Shown: one piece after another, positions 52,635 through 62,187 of the stretch | How the letters are laid out: each line of letters begins with the position of its first letter | Numbering within the stretch: the stretch's first letter is position 1 | Assembly (NCBI GenBank): GCA_021787335.1 | Contig: JAJYMC010000054.1 | Span: 26,572 to 90,571 of the forward strand | Direction: 5' to 3' | Source of the DNA: Bacillota bacterium | GTDB lineage: Bacteria; Bacillota; Sulfobacillia; JAJYWN01; JAJZPE01 | Length of the DNA: 64,000 nucleotides | Notes under the pieces: model-generated | What the model was told of the DNA's origin: nothing | Databases searched by the model: none | Seen by the model: the letters and a program-made list of their open reading frames with translations, nothing else | Program-made: the position numbers and the translations under genes

Positions 52635-53804
52635 TTACGGGCCGGTCTTGCCTGCCGAGGGCAAGGGGTAACCGGCCAACTTGGAAGCGGTGAGGACGAC
52701 GACTTGGCCACCAGCCGCGGGCACGACGACCTGCTTTGGAGCATCCGTCAGGGCCAGGGTCCAACGCCCCCGCCCCCCCGCGTCAAGGGCGTACAGGCGG
52801 TCCTCGACGAGGACCAGCAGGCCGCCCGAAGGGATCTCCACGAGGTCCACCGGGGCACCGGCCAGTTGCCGCTGCCAGTTTGTCTGGCCGTCGCGGCCGA
52901 TTGAAAGCACGAGACCTTTCTCCGTGGCCACATGGACTTCCCCACTGAGAGCGAAGCCACCGGCCAACGGGCCTTCCACGGCGATCGACCGCGTGGACCC
53001 CGATTTGGTTTCGATGAGCCAGGCCTGGGTGGCATCGAGAGCCAGGATGGCGTCTTCGTGGGAGTCCAGGTACATCCGAAAGACCGGGTCGGGGCCGAGG
53101 TCGAATCGCCCCTTGAAGGCTCCGTCCGGCGTCAGGAAGGCAACCGAGGCGTGGGGCTGGGCGCCCGGAATGAACGTGGCCACGGCGAACCCTCCCTGGC
53201 TGCCGGCGTCGACGGCCGTGACCACGCCCTCCGTCACGTCGACCTCCCATCGCTTGCGTCCGTCCGGGGTCAGGCACAGGAGATTCCCGGCCGGACTTGT
53301 CCCGCCTGGCGGACCAGCCAACACCAGGAGGGTCTCTCGGCGCCCGAAGGCCGAGATCGCCGTGGCCGGAGTCGCGCCCACATCGATGGGGATCCAGGTC
53401 ACCCCACCGGCCTGGAGGCGGCCGATGGCCGGGGGGTCGGTGCGGAGCAAAACCGGGCGGGCTCCTGTCCCGACGACGAGGGCGGCACCTTGGGCCGCGC
53501 CCTGTTGCCTGAGGGTGCCGTCCGGAGCCAGGCGGACGATGCTGGCGTCGCCGGCGTTCGTGGTCAGGAGGGCTATCCCGTCACCGTCGGCGGTCACGAG
53601 CGAGCGCGGACCGACGGCGCGGGTCCAGACCGGTGTCGCCGGTGCCGGTGTCGGGAGAAGGCCCCGCCAGCCTGAACCGGACCACGGCCTTTGGGCGATG
53701 GCGACGAAGGCGAAGACGGCCAGGAAGAAGAGCCCCAACCACGGTCCGCCGGTCGGTCGCGGTGGTCTTGCGTGGTTTCGACCGGCGCCGGCCGCGACGG
53801 GCAC
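52635..53804 (-). CDS. PQQ-like beta-propeller repeat protein (secreted/membrane anchored)
   Basis: 389 aa with an N-terminal TM/signal sequence and repeated Gly/Ala-rich beta-propeller-like blades. Confidence 0.5.
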   Translation of the reverse strand: MPVAAGAGRNHARPPRPTGGPWLGLFFLAVFAFVAIAQRPWSGSGWRGLLPTPAPATPVWTRAVGPRSLVTADGDGIALLTTNAGDASIVRLAPDGTLRQQGAAQGAALVVGTGARPVLLRTDPPAIGRLQAGGVTWIPIDVGATPATAISAFGRRETLLVLAGPPGGTSPAGNLLCLTPDGRKRWEVDVTEGVVTAVDAGSQGGFAVATFIPGAQPHASVAFLTPDGAFKGRFDLGPDPVFRMYLDSHEDAILALDATQAWLIETKSGSTRSIAVEGPLAGGFALSGEVHVATEKGLVLSIGRDGQTNWQRQLAGAPVDLVEIPSGGLLVLVEDRLYALDAGGRGRWTLALTDAPKQVVVPAAGGQVVVLTASKLAGYPLPSAGKTGP

Positions 53805-53843
53805 GTGGCTCCCTCCCTACCGTTATCGTTTCGTTTAACACTA

Positions 53844-54968
53844 CTAGCTTGCTGGCCATCTTCCTGCCTTGAAGCGACGAATGACCGCAACTATGATGAC
53901 TGCTAGGCCGCCCGCGCCGGCCATCGGGTAGAGGATGGCGATCGCCCGAGCGAAGCCAAGCTTCGTGACGGGTAGGCAGATTACCACCGCGGCGACCGCC
54001 CACCGGTTGATGGGTCCACGGAGCAGCTTGGCGAGGCGAGTGCCGAGTCCGTAGGCGTTGGCCGTGCCCGACATGACCATGGCCAGCCAGAGGGCGACTG
54101 AGACCAATCCCTGCCGGCCGGGCCAGCGCTGAGCCACGGCATAGGCGGTCGGAATGTCGACGCCGGCCACGGTCGGCCAGAGCGCCAGGCTCAGGGCCGT
54201 GGTCGCCAGGGCGCAGAACCCGAGGACGAGTCCGCCGGCCAGGGCCGCGAAGGCCGCCTCGCCCGGCGACTTCGCCCGTCTGGTGGCCGGGGGCAGAATG
54301 GACAAACCGACGACCAGGTTGTAGCCGGCATAGAGGAGGGCCATCAGCCACCAGGGCAGCCCCGCCGCCGCGGGACTGATGTTCACGAGCCGCGCCAGGG
54401 GGATCGGTGAGGCCCGCAGGGTAGCGATGGCCACCGCCAGTTGCCCGCTGAGGAGGAGCGGCACGAGGACGCCATTGACCCAAAGGAGGCCGCGCAGGTC
54501 TGAGACCAGGATGAGGACGATGACTGAGGAGGTGGCCGCGGTGCCCGCGGTATAGTCCCAGCCGAGTTGCTGGTGCGCCAGGGCTCCCCCTCCGGCGAGC
54601 ATGATAGCCAGGGCACTGGCGAGGGTGAGGGTCATCAGGACGCTGAAGCCCTCGCCGAGCCTCGGGCCGCTGACATGGACGACCAAGTCCCGGTAGTCGT
54701 GGCGGCCGCTCAGCCGGGAGAGATAGGCAGCCGCCGCTCCCAGCCCCGCGAAGGCTAGGGTGGCCAGGGCCGCCCCGGCCAGCCCTCGCCCGCCGTGGAC
54801 GGCGAAGAACTGGACGACCTCGCGGCCTGAGACGAAGCCGGCGCCGATGACGGCGCCTGCATAGGCCACGCTGATGAGAAACACGCGCCAGAGTCGACTG
54901 CTCACGCGACGGCCCTTCCTCCGGGCGCTCGGACCGCCCTGGCTAATGGTTATGAGCGTCGCGCGCAT
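53844..54968 (-). CDS. YkvI-like transporter-family membrane protein
   Basis: Polytopic. Motif AGAVIGAGFVSGREVVQFF resembles YkvI (GTVVGAGFASGQEILQFF). Start probably internal. Confidence 0.5.
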   Translation of the reverse strand: MRATLITISQGGPSARRKGRRVSSRLWRVFLISVAYAGAVIGAGFVSGREVVQFFAVHGGRGLAGAALATLAFAGLGAAAAYLSRLSGRHDYRDLVVHVSGPRLGEGFSVLMTLTLASALAIMLAGGGALAHQQLGWDYTAGTAATSSVIVLILVSDLRGLLWVNGVLVPLLLSGQLAVAIATLRASPIPLARLVNISPAAAGLPWWLMALLYAGYNLVVGLSILPPATRRAKSPGEAAFAALAGGLVLGFCALATTALSLALWPTVAGVDIPTAYAVAQRWPGRQGLVSVALWLAMVMSGTANAYGLGTRLAKLLRGPINRWAVAAVVICLPVTKLGFARAIAILYPMAGAGGLAVIIVAVIRRFKAGRWPAS

Positions 54969-55025
54969 ATCTTTCCGGGCCTTCCCATATACTTCTTACC
55001 AGCACTCAAGCTGGGGGGAAAGGCT

Positions 55026-55628
55026 TTGCTCGACCTTCGCTATCGCGATCGTCCCCGCGCTGGTGGCCCTGAACACCGCGTCGACGTCACCGACCCACTG
55101 GCCTCTGAGCGCGTGGCCTTCTTCCTTCGCGGTCTCCTGGCTGAGTGCTTTCCAGTCGCGGAGCAGTTCATCGTCCTTTGCATCGGGACTGACCGGTCGA
55201 CCGGCGACTGCCTGGGTCCGCTGATCGGGAGCGAACTCGAGGGGACCGGGATGCCCAACGTGACCGTTCTCGGGACCCTCGACCACCCGGTCCACGCCAG
55301 CAACCTGAGTGAGACCCTTCGTCAGGTCCGGCAGACCGGGCATGGCCGGCCTCTGGTGGCCATCGACGCGTGCCTGGGCAACCTGGACAGTGTTGGGACC
55401 ATCACTCTGGGGCTCGGGCCGCTTCGGCCCGGAGCCGGGGTGAATAAGGCGCTGCCGGAGGTCGGCGATCTGTCGATCACCGGCGTCGTCAACGTCGGCG
55501 GGTTCATGGAGTACTTCGTGCTCCAGAACACGCGGTTGAACCTGGTCTTCCGGATGGCGAAGACCATCGCCGGCGGGCTCGCGGCCGGCCTTTCCCGGTC
55601 TCTGATGGCCCAGTCGTCGCCGCTCTGA
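55026..55628 (+). CDS. yyaC: spore protease YyaC (DUF1256)
   Basis: 200 aa with the conserved VLCIGTDRSTGDCLGPLIGS block. Confidence 0.8.
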   Translation: MLDLRYRDRPRAGGPEHRVDVTDPLASERVAFFLRGLLAECFPVAEQFIVLCIGTDRSTGDCLGPLIGSELEGTGMPNVTVLGTLDHPVHASNLSETLRQVRQTGHGRPLVAIDACLGNLDSVGTITLGLGPLRPGAGVNKALPEVGDLSITGVVNVGGFMEYFVLQNTRLNLVFRMAKTIAGGLAAGLSRSLMAQSSPL

Positions 55629-55706
55629 GGCGCATGCCCCGGTCTCTTCGTGGAAATGGAAAATGGCCAGGTCGCTCGAGCGGCCTGGCCCTCTGTTTCT
55701 TGGCGC

Positions 55707-55961
55707 TCACTCTTCGATGGAGAGCTTCTCCTTGACCGAACGGAGGACATCCTCCGGCGTCTGCCCGTCGGCGTTGATGACGGGAACCTCAGCCACCATG
55801 TCTTGGCGGCCCATCAGGTTGTCATCGGAACCGCTGACGACGATGACATTGGCGCCGCTGAGGTCGTCTTCGATGTCAATCACCTGGTACCCCTGGCGCC
55901 GTAGGATGTCGGCAATCGGTCTCAAGGTGCCCTCGACGGCGATCGTGCCTTTCAAGCCCAT
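55707..55961 (-). CDS. UPF0180 (YkuS-like) family protein
   Basis: 84 aa small acidic protein resembling YkuS. Confidence 0.55.
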   Translation of the reverse strand: MGLKGTIAVEGTLRPIADILRRQGYQVIDIEDDLSGANVIVVSGSDDNLMGRQDMVAEVPVINADGQTPEDVLRSVKEKLSIEE

Positions 55962-55973
55962 ACCCCCCGAATC

Positions 55974-56648
55974 TCAAGTCCTGAGTTCGGGGTTAGCGTG
56001 TCCGACCGCCGAGACGCCTATGCCGTCCTCAAGCAGGTCGATGACCTCTTCGTCGGTGGTCTGGGCGAACTGCCGGTAGAACTGACCGACGGCGTAGAAA
56101 GGGTCCGGCGAGGAGACGACGACCACCCGGTCGGCCTCCTCTCGCAGCTTTATCAGGGTGTCTGGGGCGGCGACCGGTACCGCCAGGATGAGCTGCCGGG
56201 GCTCTTGCCGGCGCAGATAACGCATGGCGGCGAGGACCGTGTAGCCCGTGGCCACGCCATCGTCGACGAGGATGACCGTGCGGTCCTTGACCTCACGAGC
56301 TGGTCGGCCATGGCGGTAGAGCGCAGTCCGCCGCTTTATCTCCTCGATCTGATGGGCCGCCTCGCGGCGGAGATAGTCTTCAGTCACCCCGAGGTAGGCC
56401 ACCAAGGTCTCATCCACGTATAGCGTCCCGTCTTCGGCGACGGCGCCAATGGCGAGTTCCTCGTTGTGAGGGGAAGTGAGCTTGCGCGGGACGACCACGT
56501 CGAGCGGCGCACCGAGGCGACCGGCGACCGGCGCGGCGACGATCACTCCGCCGCGGGGGATGCCGAAAACTAGGGGCTGCTGCCCAAGATAGCCAGCCAA
56601 CCTGGTCGCGAGTAGTTCACCGGCTTCTCGGCGGTCGGCGAAAAGCAT
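55974..56648 (-). CDS. phosphoribosyltransferase-domain protein (COG1926-like)
   Basis: PRTase motif VILVDDGVATGYT. The track ORF starts at 56759. The likely start is ATG at 56648, preceded by GAGGTG. Confidence 0.7.
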   Translation of the reverse strand: MLFADRREAGELLATRLAGYLGQQPLVFGIPRGGVIVAAPVAGRLGAPLDVVVPRKLTSPHNEELAIGAVAEDGTLYVDETLVAYLGVTEDYLRREAAHQIEEIKRRTALYRHGRPAREVKDRTVILVDDGVATGYTVLAAMRYLRRQEPRQLILAVPVAAPDTLIKLREEADRVVVVSSPDPFYAVGQFYRQFAQTTDEEVIDLLEDGIGVSAVGHANPELRT

Positions 56649-56673
56649 ACCGATCACCTCTTTGACGCTGACC

Positions 56674-57561
56674 TTATGCCGAAGGGAGCGGGGCTCCAGC
56701 CACGGCCAGGGCCCCGGGGATGAGTTCGAAAGTGACCGGCGTCTGCCCAATGATCTCACCGTCGGCCTGGACCAGGAGCGGGACAGGTGACTCGATGCTG
56801 ACCTTGACCGCCCGGTATGTCTTGACTTTTGGGTGGGTGATGTGGGTGCCGGTGAAGACCCTCGGCAAGACGGCGAGGGTCTCCGCTTTCCCGAAGTCGC
56901 CGCCCACGATGACGTCGAGCAACCCGTCGTCCGGAACGGCTTCGGGACAGATCTTCAGCCCGCCCCCGTAGTAGCGGCCGTTCCCCGCCGAGACCAGCAG
57001 GCAGGGCTGTTCGAGGACCCGGCCGTCGAGATTGATCCTTAGCGTGATGGGGCTGTATCTCGGTAGGACGCGGAAGATGCTGACCAGGTAGCCGGCGGCG
57101 CCTTTGATGTATTTGGGGATGCGATTGGCTTCCCCGGCTACCTCGGCGTCGAAGCCCACGCCGGCCACGTTCATGTAGTAGCGGTCATTGGCCCGGGCCA
57201 GGTCAATGCGGCGAACCCGCCCGCTGTCGATGGCGGCCAGAGCCTGGCTCGGGTCTTTGGGCAAGGCGAGGGTCTTGGCGAAGTCGTTGCCGGTGCCGGC
57301 CGGGATGACTCCCAGGACGACGGGCGATTGGGCGAGGCCATTGACCGTCTCGTGGACGGTCCCATCCCCACCCACGGCGATGATCCGCTGGAAGCCGCGG
57401 CTGACGGCGTCTCTGGCGAGCTCCGTGGCATGGCCCGGGCGCAGCGTCTCGAGCCATTCGTATTCAGAACCGCGCGCGAGCAGTACGGGACGAATCTGCT
57501 CCCAGATGCGGGCAGCCCTTCCATGTCCGGCCGCCCTGTTGACAATGACCAGCGTGCTCAC
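56674..57561 (-). CDS. dagK: diacylglycerol kinase-family lipid kinase (DagK/YegS-like)
   Basis: 295 aa with a DAGK catalytic domain (IAVGGDGTVHETVNGL, GTGNDFAKTL). Confidence 0.85.
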   Translation of the reverse strand: MSTLVIVNRAAGHGRAARIWEQIRPVLLARGSEYEWLETLRPGHATELARDAVSRGFQRIIAVGGDGTVHETVNGLAQSPVVLGVIPAGTGNDFAKTLALPKDPSQALAAIDSGRVRRIDLARANDRYYMNVAGVGFDAEVAGEANRIPKYIKGAAGYLVSIFRVLPRYSPITLRINLDGRVLEQPCLLVSAGNGRYYGGGLKICPEAVPDDGLLDVIVGGDFGKAETLAVLPRVFTGTHITHPKVKTYRAVKVSIESPVPLLVQADGEIIGQTPVTFELIPGALAVAGAPLPSA

Positions 57562-57590
57562 GGCTTGTCAGTCCTTCCTAGTCTCTTCAG

Positions 57591-57629
57591 GCCCCAATAA
57601 AATTAACCCAATCACCAGGCGATTGGGTT
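57591..57629 (-). terminator. intrinsic terminator downstream of bactofilin gene
   Basis: AACCCAATC/GATTGGGTT stem followed by AATTTTATTGGGG on the minus strand. Confidence 0.55.
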
Positions 57630-57649
57630 AGTGCAAGGTCTGTTGCGGC

Positions 57650-58048
57650 TTAGGCCGGTGAAGGCTTGGGTTTGAGGGTCGATTTCTCGTCGCCTGTCTT
57701 CATTTCGCTATTCCCCCGGAAGACCGCGCCCTCGCCGATGATCAGCCCAGCGACCTTGATGTCCCCGTAAAGCCTGCCCGTCGTCACCAGTTCCAGCTTG
57801 CCCTCGGCTTCGACGTTGCCCTTGACCTGGCCGGCGATGCTGATGTGCCGGGCCTGGATGATGGTGGCCACGATGACCCCGGTCTCCCCGACCACAAGGT
57901 CTCCGCGGTGGTGGATCTCCCCTTCGACCTTGCCATCGATCCGGAGTACCCCGGAGGAGTTGAGGACGCCTTTGAACTCGGTCTCCTTGCCGACGATGGT
58001 GTCGATCTTCTCCAAACTGATGTCCCGCCCATCCTTTTTCCCTAACAT
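57650..58048 (-). CDS. bactofilin
   Basis: 132 aa with the DUF583 beta-helix repeat pattern. Confidence 0.85.
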   Translation of the reverse strand: MLGKKDGRDISLEKIDTIVGKETEFKGVLNSSGVLRIDGKVEGEIHHRGDLVVGETGVIVATIIQARHISIAGQVKGNVEAEGKLELVTTGRLYGDIKVAGLIIGEGAVFRGNSEMKTGDEKSTLKPKPSPA

Positions 58049-58094
58049 GTCAGCCTCCTGGTTTCATGCCCGTCCTTGGGCCGGGCGGAGTGAC

Positions 58095-59090
58095 TTACTG
58101 GGTGATGTAGGGACGTGGGTTGACCGGTTTGCCGTTGATCCAGACCTCATAATGCAGGTGGGGACCGGTGCTGCGGCCGGAACTCCCCACGTAGCCGATG
58201 GTCTGACCCTTCTTGACCCGGTCACCCACGTTGACGATGATCTTCTGGGTGTGCCCGTAAAGGCTGCTGAAGCCATACCCGTGGTCGATGATGGCGGCCC
58301 GGCCAAGGCCCCCGCGCCAGCCGACAAAGACGACCTGGCCGTCACCGGTGGCGATGATGGGGGTTCCATAGGCGGCAGCGATGTCGAGCCCGGAGTGGTA
58401 CTCTGTACCAAAGCGGAGGGGCGAGGGCCGGAAGCCGAAGCCTGAGGTGATGACCCCGTTGGTCGGGAAGACCGATGGCTTGGCCGCCTGGTAGAGCTGA
58501 TTCTCGGTGAGTTCCTTGCGCAGGTCCTCGAAACTGACGACCCGGTTGCTCATGTCCTTCTGGACGGCGTTGAGGTCGCTTTGCAGCTGGGCCGCGCGGG
58601 CCAGGATGTCCGGGCTGACCGAACTCCCGCGGTCATCGCCGGGGAGGATGGAGGCTGTAGTGTATTTGCTCTGGTCGCTGACCGTCTCTGGGGTCGGCCC
58701 GGTGGCGAAAGTGCTGGGCTGGTAGGAGGTAGAAAGCTGGACGCGAGAGAAGTCTCGACTGGTCTTGATGATCTCGCGGATCTGCCTGTCCAACTCAGAG
58801 AGTTGCTGCATGCTCTCTTTAAGATCATTCGTTTCACTCATCAGTTTTTCGAGTTCTTGGCGCTGCTCACGATTAACTAGGCGCAGCTCCTTGAGCTCGG
58901 TCATGTTGGCCTTCATGTCCTGATAGACGTTGGCGAAGATCAGGAGGGACAAGCTGATCGCGATTAAGAGGAAACTTGCCACCTGGACCGTGGTGAGGTG
59001 AATGCTAAAGCTATAGACCGACCTCTCCGAGTGGGGAATAATCATCACGGTAAAAAGTTTTCTGCCGCGACGAGCGGTCAAGCTTTTCAC
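58095..59090 (-). CDS. coiled-coil M23 family metallopeptidase (EnvC-like)
   Basis: 331 aa with an N-terminal TM helix, a long coiled coil and a C-terminal M23 domain (HSGLDIAAAYGTPI...GSSGRSTGPHLHYEV). Confidence 0.8.
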   Translation of the reverse strand: MKSLTARRGRKLFTVMIIPHSERSVYSFSIHLTTVQVASFLLIAISLSLLIFANVYQDMKANMTELKELRLVNREQRQELEKLMSETNDLKESMQQLSELDRQIREIIKTSRDFSRVQLSTSYQPSTFATGPTPETVSDQSKYTTASILPGDDRGSSVSPDILARAAQLQSDLNAVQKDMSNRVVSFEDLRKELTENQLYQAAKPSVFPTNGVITSGFGFRPSPLRFGTEYHSGLDIAAAYGTPIIATGDGQVVFVGWRGGLGRAAIIDHGYGFSSLYGHTQKIIVNVGDRVKKGQTIGYVGSSGRSTGPHLHYEVWINGKPVNPRPYITQ

Positions 59091-59204
59091 CTCCCACAGT
59101 AGTTGAAGTGTCGGTCTGGCCTAAGGTAACTTTGTGTATTCGTCGCCGCCCTGCCAAATCCTGCTTGCATTGGGCGGTTTTCCGGTCAGCCCGGCGAGGC
59201 TTGA

Positions 59205-59762
59205 TCAGCTGCCGGCTGGGTTCTGCGCTGGGGTTCTACCCGCTACGGCGGCCTTCTTGGACCAGTCGATCGCGGCCAGGTAGATCGCTTCTTTCTCCTC
59301 GGCCGTCAACTGGTAGGTCGACTGGCCGCCCCGCAGCGGCTTGGCGTAGACCCGGGATTCATCCCGCCCGAAGAGGCTGGAGAGGACGACCCCGTCCTTG
59401 TGGCCATCCAGCAAGGCGATGGAAAAGCTCAGGTCGCTGCCGACGCCTTCGAAGGCGTTGAACCGAACCATTCCGAGCCCCTGATAACAGTACTCGAGGT
59501 GCTCGGTGAGACTCTGCCGGGCCGTCTTGAGTTCGGCCAAGCCCTCGTCGGTCTGGCGCAGCCGGGCGTCGACGGCCCTGAACAGCGTTTCCAGATCCGT
59601 CCCGTCTGCGCCCTGATACAAACTCCGGTACAGGCGGTCCGCTGAGAGCAGGCGGCGATAGGTGATGACGAAAATGACCAGCACGAAGAGGAGAAGGAAG
59701 AGGGTTATCACCAAGACGGTCTCGAGCGGAAGGACGCCGAAGAAGGTGCTGGGGTCGGTCAT
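59205..59762 (-). CDS. DUF4446-like membrane-anchored protein
   Basis: 185 aa with an N-terminal TM helix. Family assignment tentative. Confidence 0.45.
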   Translation of the reverse strand: MTDPSTFFGVLPLETVLVITLFLLLFVLVIFVITYRRLLSADRLYRSLYQGADGTDLETLFRAVDARLRQTDEGLAELKTARQSLTEHLEYCYQGLGMVRFNAFEGVGSDLSFSIALLDGHKDGVVLSSLFGRDESRVYAKPLRGGQSTYQLTAEEKEAIYLAAIDWSKKAAVAGRTPAQNPAGS

Positions 59763-60015
59763 GGCAGGGACGACCTCCTAGTCTGTTGAGGGCGCCGCCT
59801 TGCGGAGCCCGCGGAAAGCTGCCCAGTTTATTCAACAGACTGAGGCGTTATCCTGCCGTTACGAACCCCCCCGGTCCGGCTACTACCCATGTTTATCGAA
59901 GGCCGGCGGCTTGTCCTTGAGGGTCTTGGTTTGACAGGTGAGCTTGCTTATACTACGATGCGGGTAGCCGGGGCCGCGGCGCCCGGCATTTTTTGACGAG
60001 GGACGGTGCGGGGGC

Positions 60016-60786
60016 TTGGATGAGAGGAACCTACGGAAGCTTCTGGAGCGGCTGAAGGCTGGGGCCGTCGGGGTCGATGAAGCCTTCACCGCCCTCAAGA
60101 CTCTGCCCTATGAGGAATTGCAGTTCGCCAAGGTGGACCACCACCGCGGGCTCCGTACCGGCTATCCCGAGGTCGTCTTCTGCCAGGGCAAGACGACGGC
60201 CCAGATCGTCGCCATCCTTGGCCGCCTGGCCGCCCACAATGACCGGGTCATGGCCACCCGGGCCTCGGCCGAGGTCTTCGAGGCCGTCCGCGCCGAGATT
60301 CCCGGGGCAAGCTACCACGAGGTGGCAAGGATCGTCGTGGTTGAACGGCCCGGCCTGCCGCAGATCGAGGGCATTGGCCGGGTGGCGGTGGCGACTGGCG
60401 GGACGGCCGACGTGCCGGTAGCTGAGGAGGCCGCCGTCACCGCGGAGGTCATGGGCGCCTCAGTCGAGCGCATCTACGATGTCGGAGTGGCCGGCCTGCA
60501 TCGTCTCCTTGACCGCCAGCAGGCTCTGTCGGATGCCCGCGTGGTCGTTGCCGTCGCCGGCATGGAGGGGGCCCTCCCCGGTGTCATCGCGGGCCTCGTG
60601 GACAAGCCGGTCGTTGCCGTACCTACCAGTGTTGGCTACGGTGCTAACTTCGGGGGGCTCTCCGCCCTCCTGACCATGCTGAACAGCTGCGCGGCCGGCA
60701 TCGGCGTGGTCAACATAGACAACGGCTTCGGGGCCGGCTACCTGGCGGCTCAGATCAACCGGTTGGGAGGAGGTCAGTCCAGTTGA
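60016..60786 (+). CDS. larB: nickel-pincer cofactor biosynthesis protein LarB (PurE-like carboxylase/hydrolase)
   Basis: 256 aa with a PurE-like C-terminal domain (VAVATGGTADVPVAEEA, GMEGALPGVIAG). Confidence 0.85.
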   Translation: MDERNLRKLLERLKAGAVGVDEAFTALKTLPYEELQFAKVDHHRGLRTGYPEVVFCQGKTTAQIVAILGRLAAHNDRVMATRASAEVFEAVRAEIPGASYHEVARIVVVERPGLPQIEGIGRVAVATGGTADVPVAEEAAVTAEVMGASVERIYDVGVAGLHRLLDRQQALSDARVVVAVAGMEGALPGVIAGLVDKPVVAVPTSVGYGANFGGLSALLTMLNSCAAGIGVVNIDNGFGAGYLAAQINRLGGGQSS

Positions 60787-62000
60787 AGGTCGCGTTCTTC
60801 GACTGCTTCCACGGGGCGGCCGGGGACATGATGGTCGGCGCCCTGCTCGATGCCGGGCTTTCCTTCGGGACTTGGCGCCAGGCCCTGGCCGGGCTTGGTG
60901 TTTCAGGCTATTCGCTGGCGGCGGAGAAGGTCACGCGGGGCGGGTTGACCGGCACATGGTTTTCGGTGAAGGTCAATGACCCCACGCCTCCCCATCGCCA
61001 CCTGGGAACGATCATTGACATCATTGATCGTGCTTCCCTGCCGGGCCGGGTCAAGGAGCAGGCCCAGTCGGTCTTTACCAGGCTCGGGCAAGTGGAGGCC
61101 GCGGTCCATGGGATTCCCGTGGAGAAGGTCCATTTTCACGAGGTCGGGGCCATCGACTCGCTGGTCGACATCGTTGGCACCCTACTCGGTCTCGAGATGC
61201 TGGGCGTCCAGCGGGTCTACACATCGGTCCTGACCCTTGGGGCAGGGACCGTTCAGACGGCTCACGGCCTGCTTCCCGTCCCGGCGCCGGCCACAGCTCG
61301 CCTGGTTGAGGGCTTTCCGGTGCGCCCGGGCCCGGCGGAAGGAGAGCTTTTGACGCCTACCGCCGCCGCCCTGCTGACGTCCCTATCGGCCGGCGTGGGG
61401 GACATGCCGAGCATGCGCGTCGAGCAAGTCGGTTATGGCGCCGGGACTCGCCAGACCGCTGTCGCCAACCTGCTTCGCGTGTTCATCGGCGAAGCTACGC
61501 CCGACGTTGAGGTCACGCGCACCGGGGGCAAGGCGATATCCGCTGAGCTGTCGCGGGATGAAGTCATCGTCCTCGAGGCGAACATCGATAACGCGACCCC
61601 CGAGATGTTGGGGTATGCAAACGAACGCCTGTTCGCCGGGGGGGCGCTCGACGTTTACACCGTTCCCATCGGGATGAAGAAGTCGCGCCCGGGCGTGCTC
61701 CTTGGGGTTATCGCGCCGACAGGTCTGGGGGAGGAGTTGGCCCAGGTCGTCCTGCAGGAGACTCCGACCCTCGGCGTTCGGGCCCACGCCTGCCAGCGCT
61801 GGGTTTGCCCGCGTGAGGTCATCTCAGTTGACACGGCCTGGGGGCCGGTGCGGGTCAAGGTCAGCTGGGTGGGAGATACGCGGCAGGTGGCCCCGGAGTT
61901 TGAGGACTGCCGGGAGCTCGCGCTGTCGTCCGGCGTGCCGTTCAAGACGATCAGCGACGCAGCCCGCGCGTCGGCCTGGACAAAGGTGCTGGGGCGGTAG
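60783..62000 (+). CDS. larC: nickel insertion protein LarC (DUF111)
   Basis: 405 aa, beginning MKVAFFDCFHGAAGDM. 4-nt overlap with larB. Terminator hairpin at 62084-62116. Confidence 0.85.
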   Translation: MKVAFFDCFHGAAGDMMVGALLDAGLSFGTWRQALAGLGVSGYSLAAEKVTRGGLTGTWFSVKVNDPTPPHRHLGTIIDIIDRASLPGRVKEQAQSVFTRLGQVEAAVHGIPVEKVHFHEVGAIDSLVDIVGTLLGLEMLGVQRVYTSVLTLGAGTVQTAHGLLPVPAPATARLVEGFPVRPGPAEGELLTPTAAALLTSLSAGVGDMPSMRVEQVGYGAGTRQTAVANLLRVFIGEATPDVEVTRTGGKAISAELSRDEVIVLEANIDNATPEMLGYANERLFAGGALDVYTVPIGMKKSRPGVLLGVIAPTGLGEELAQVVLQETPTLGVRAHACQRWVCPREVISVDTAWGPVRVKVSWVGDTRQVAPEFEDCRELALSSGVPFKTISDAARASAWTKVLGR

Positions 62001-62083
62001 CCAGCTCCGCCTGAACCAGGGATTTTTGGAGAAGGCGGTACGGTTTCAGCGTGGCCAGGAGATTCAAGGTTCCGAGAAAACCA

Positions 62084-62116
62084 GGGAGCCGGTCATCGAC
62101 CGGCTCCCTCAATTTG
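62084..62116 (+). terminator. intrinsic terminator of larBC
   Basis: Perfect 11-bp stem GGGAGCCGGTC/GACCGGCTCCC with 3-nt loop, followed by TCAATTTG. Confidence 0.6.
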
Positions 62117-62187
62117 CTGGGCGAGGATATCGGCCCGTGGGTGGTGGCAAGGGTGTCTTGGACTTGCCCTGGACTTGCCCCGATCAT

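Noticed and set aside
52681-53838. 385-aa plus-strand ORF
   Set aside because: Antisense to the PQQ-propeller gene, with low-complexity Arg/Pro/Ala composition.
59763-60015. 10-bp inverted repeat AGTCTGTTGA ... TCAACAGACT in the DUF4446/larB divergent region, considered as a regulator site or small RNA
   Set aside because: A single imperfectly positioned IR without an associated promoter-like context. Insufficient evidence. A weak TTGACA-17-TACGAT promoter for larB was seen but is not compelling.
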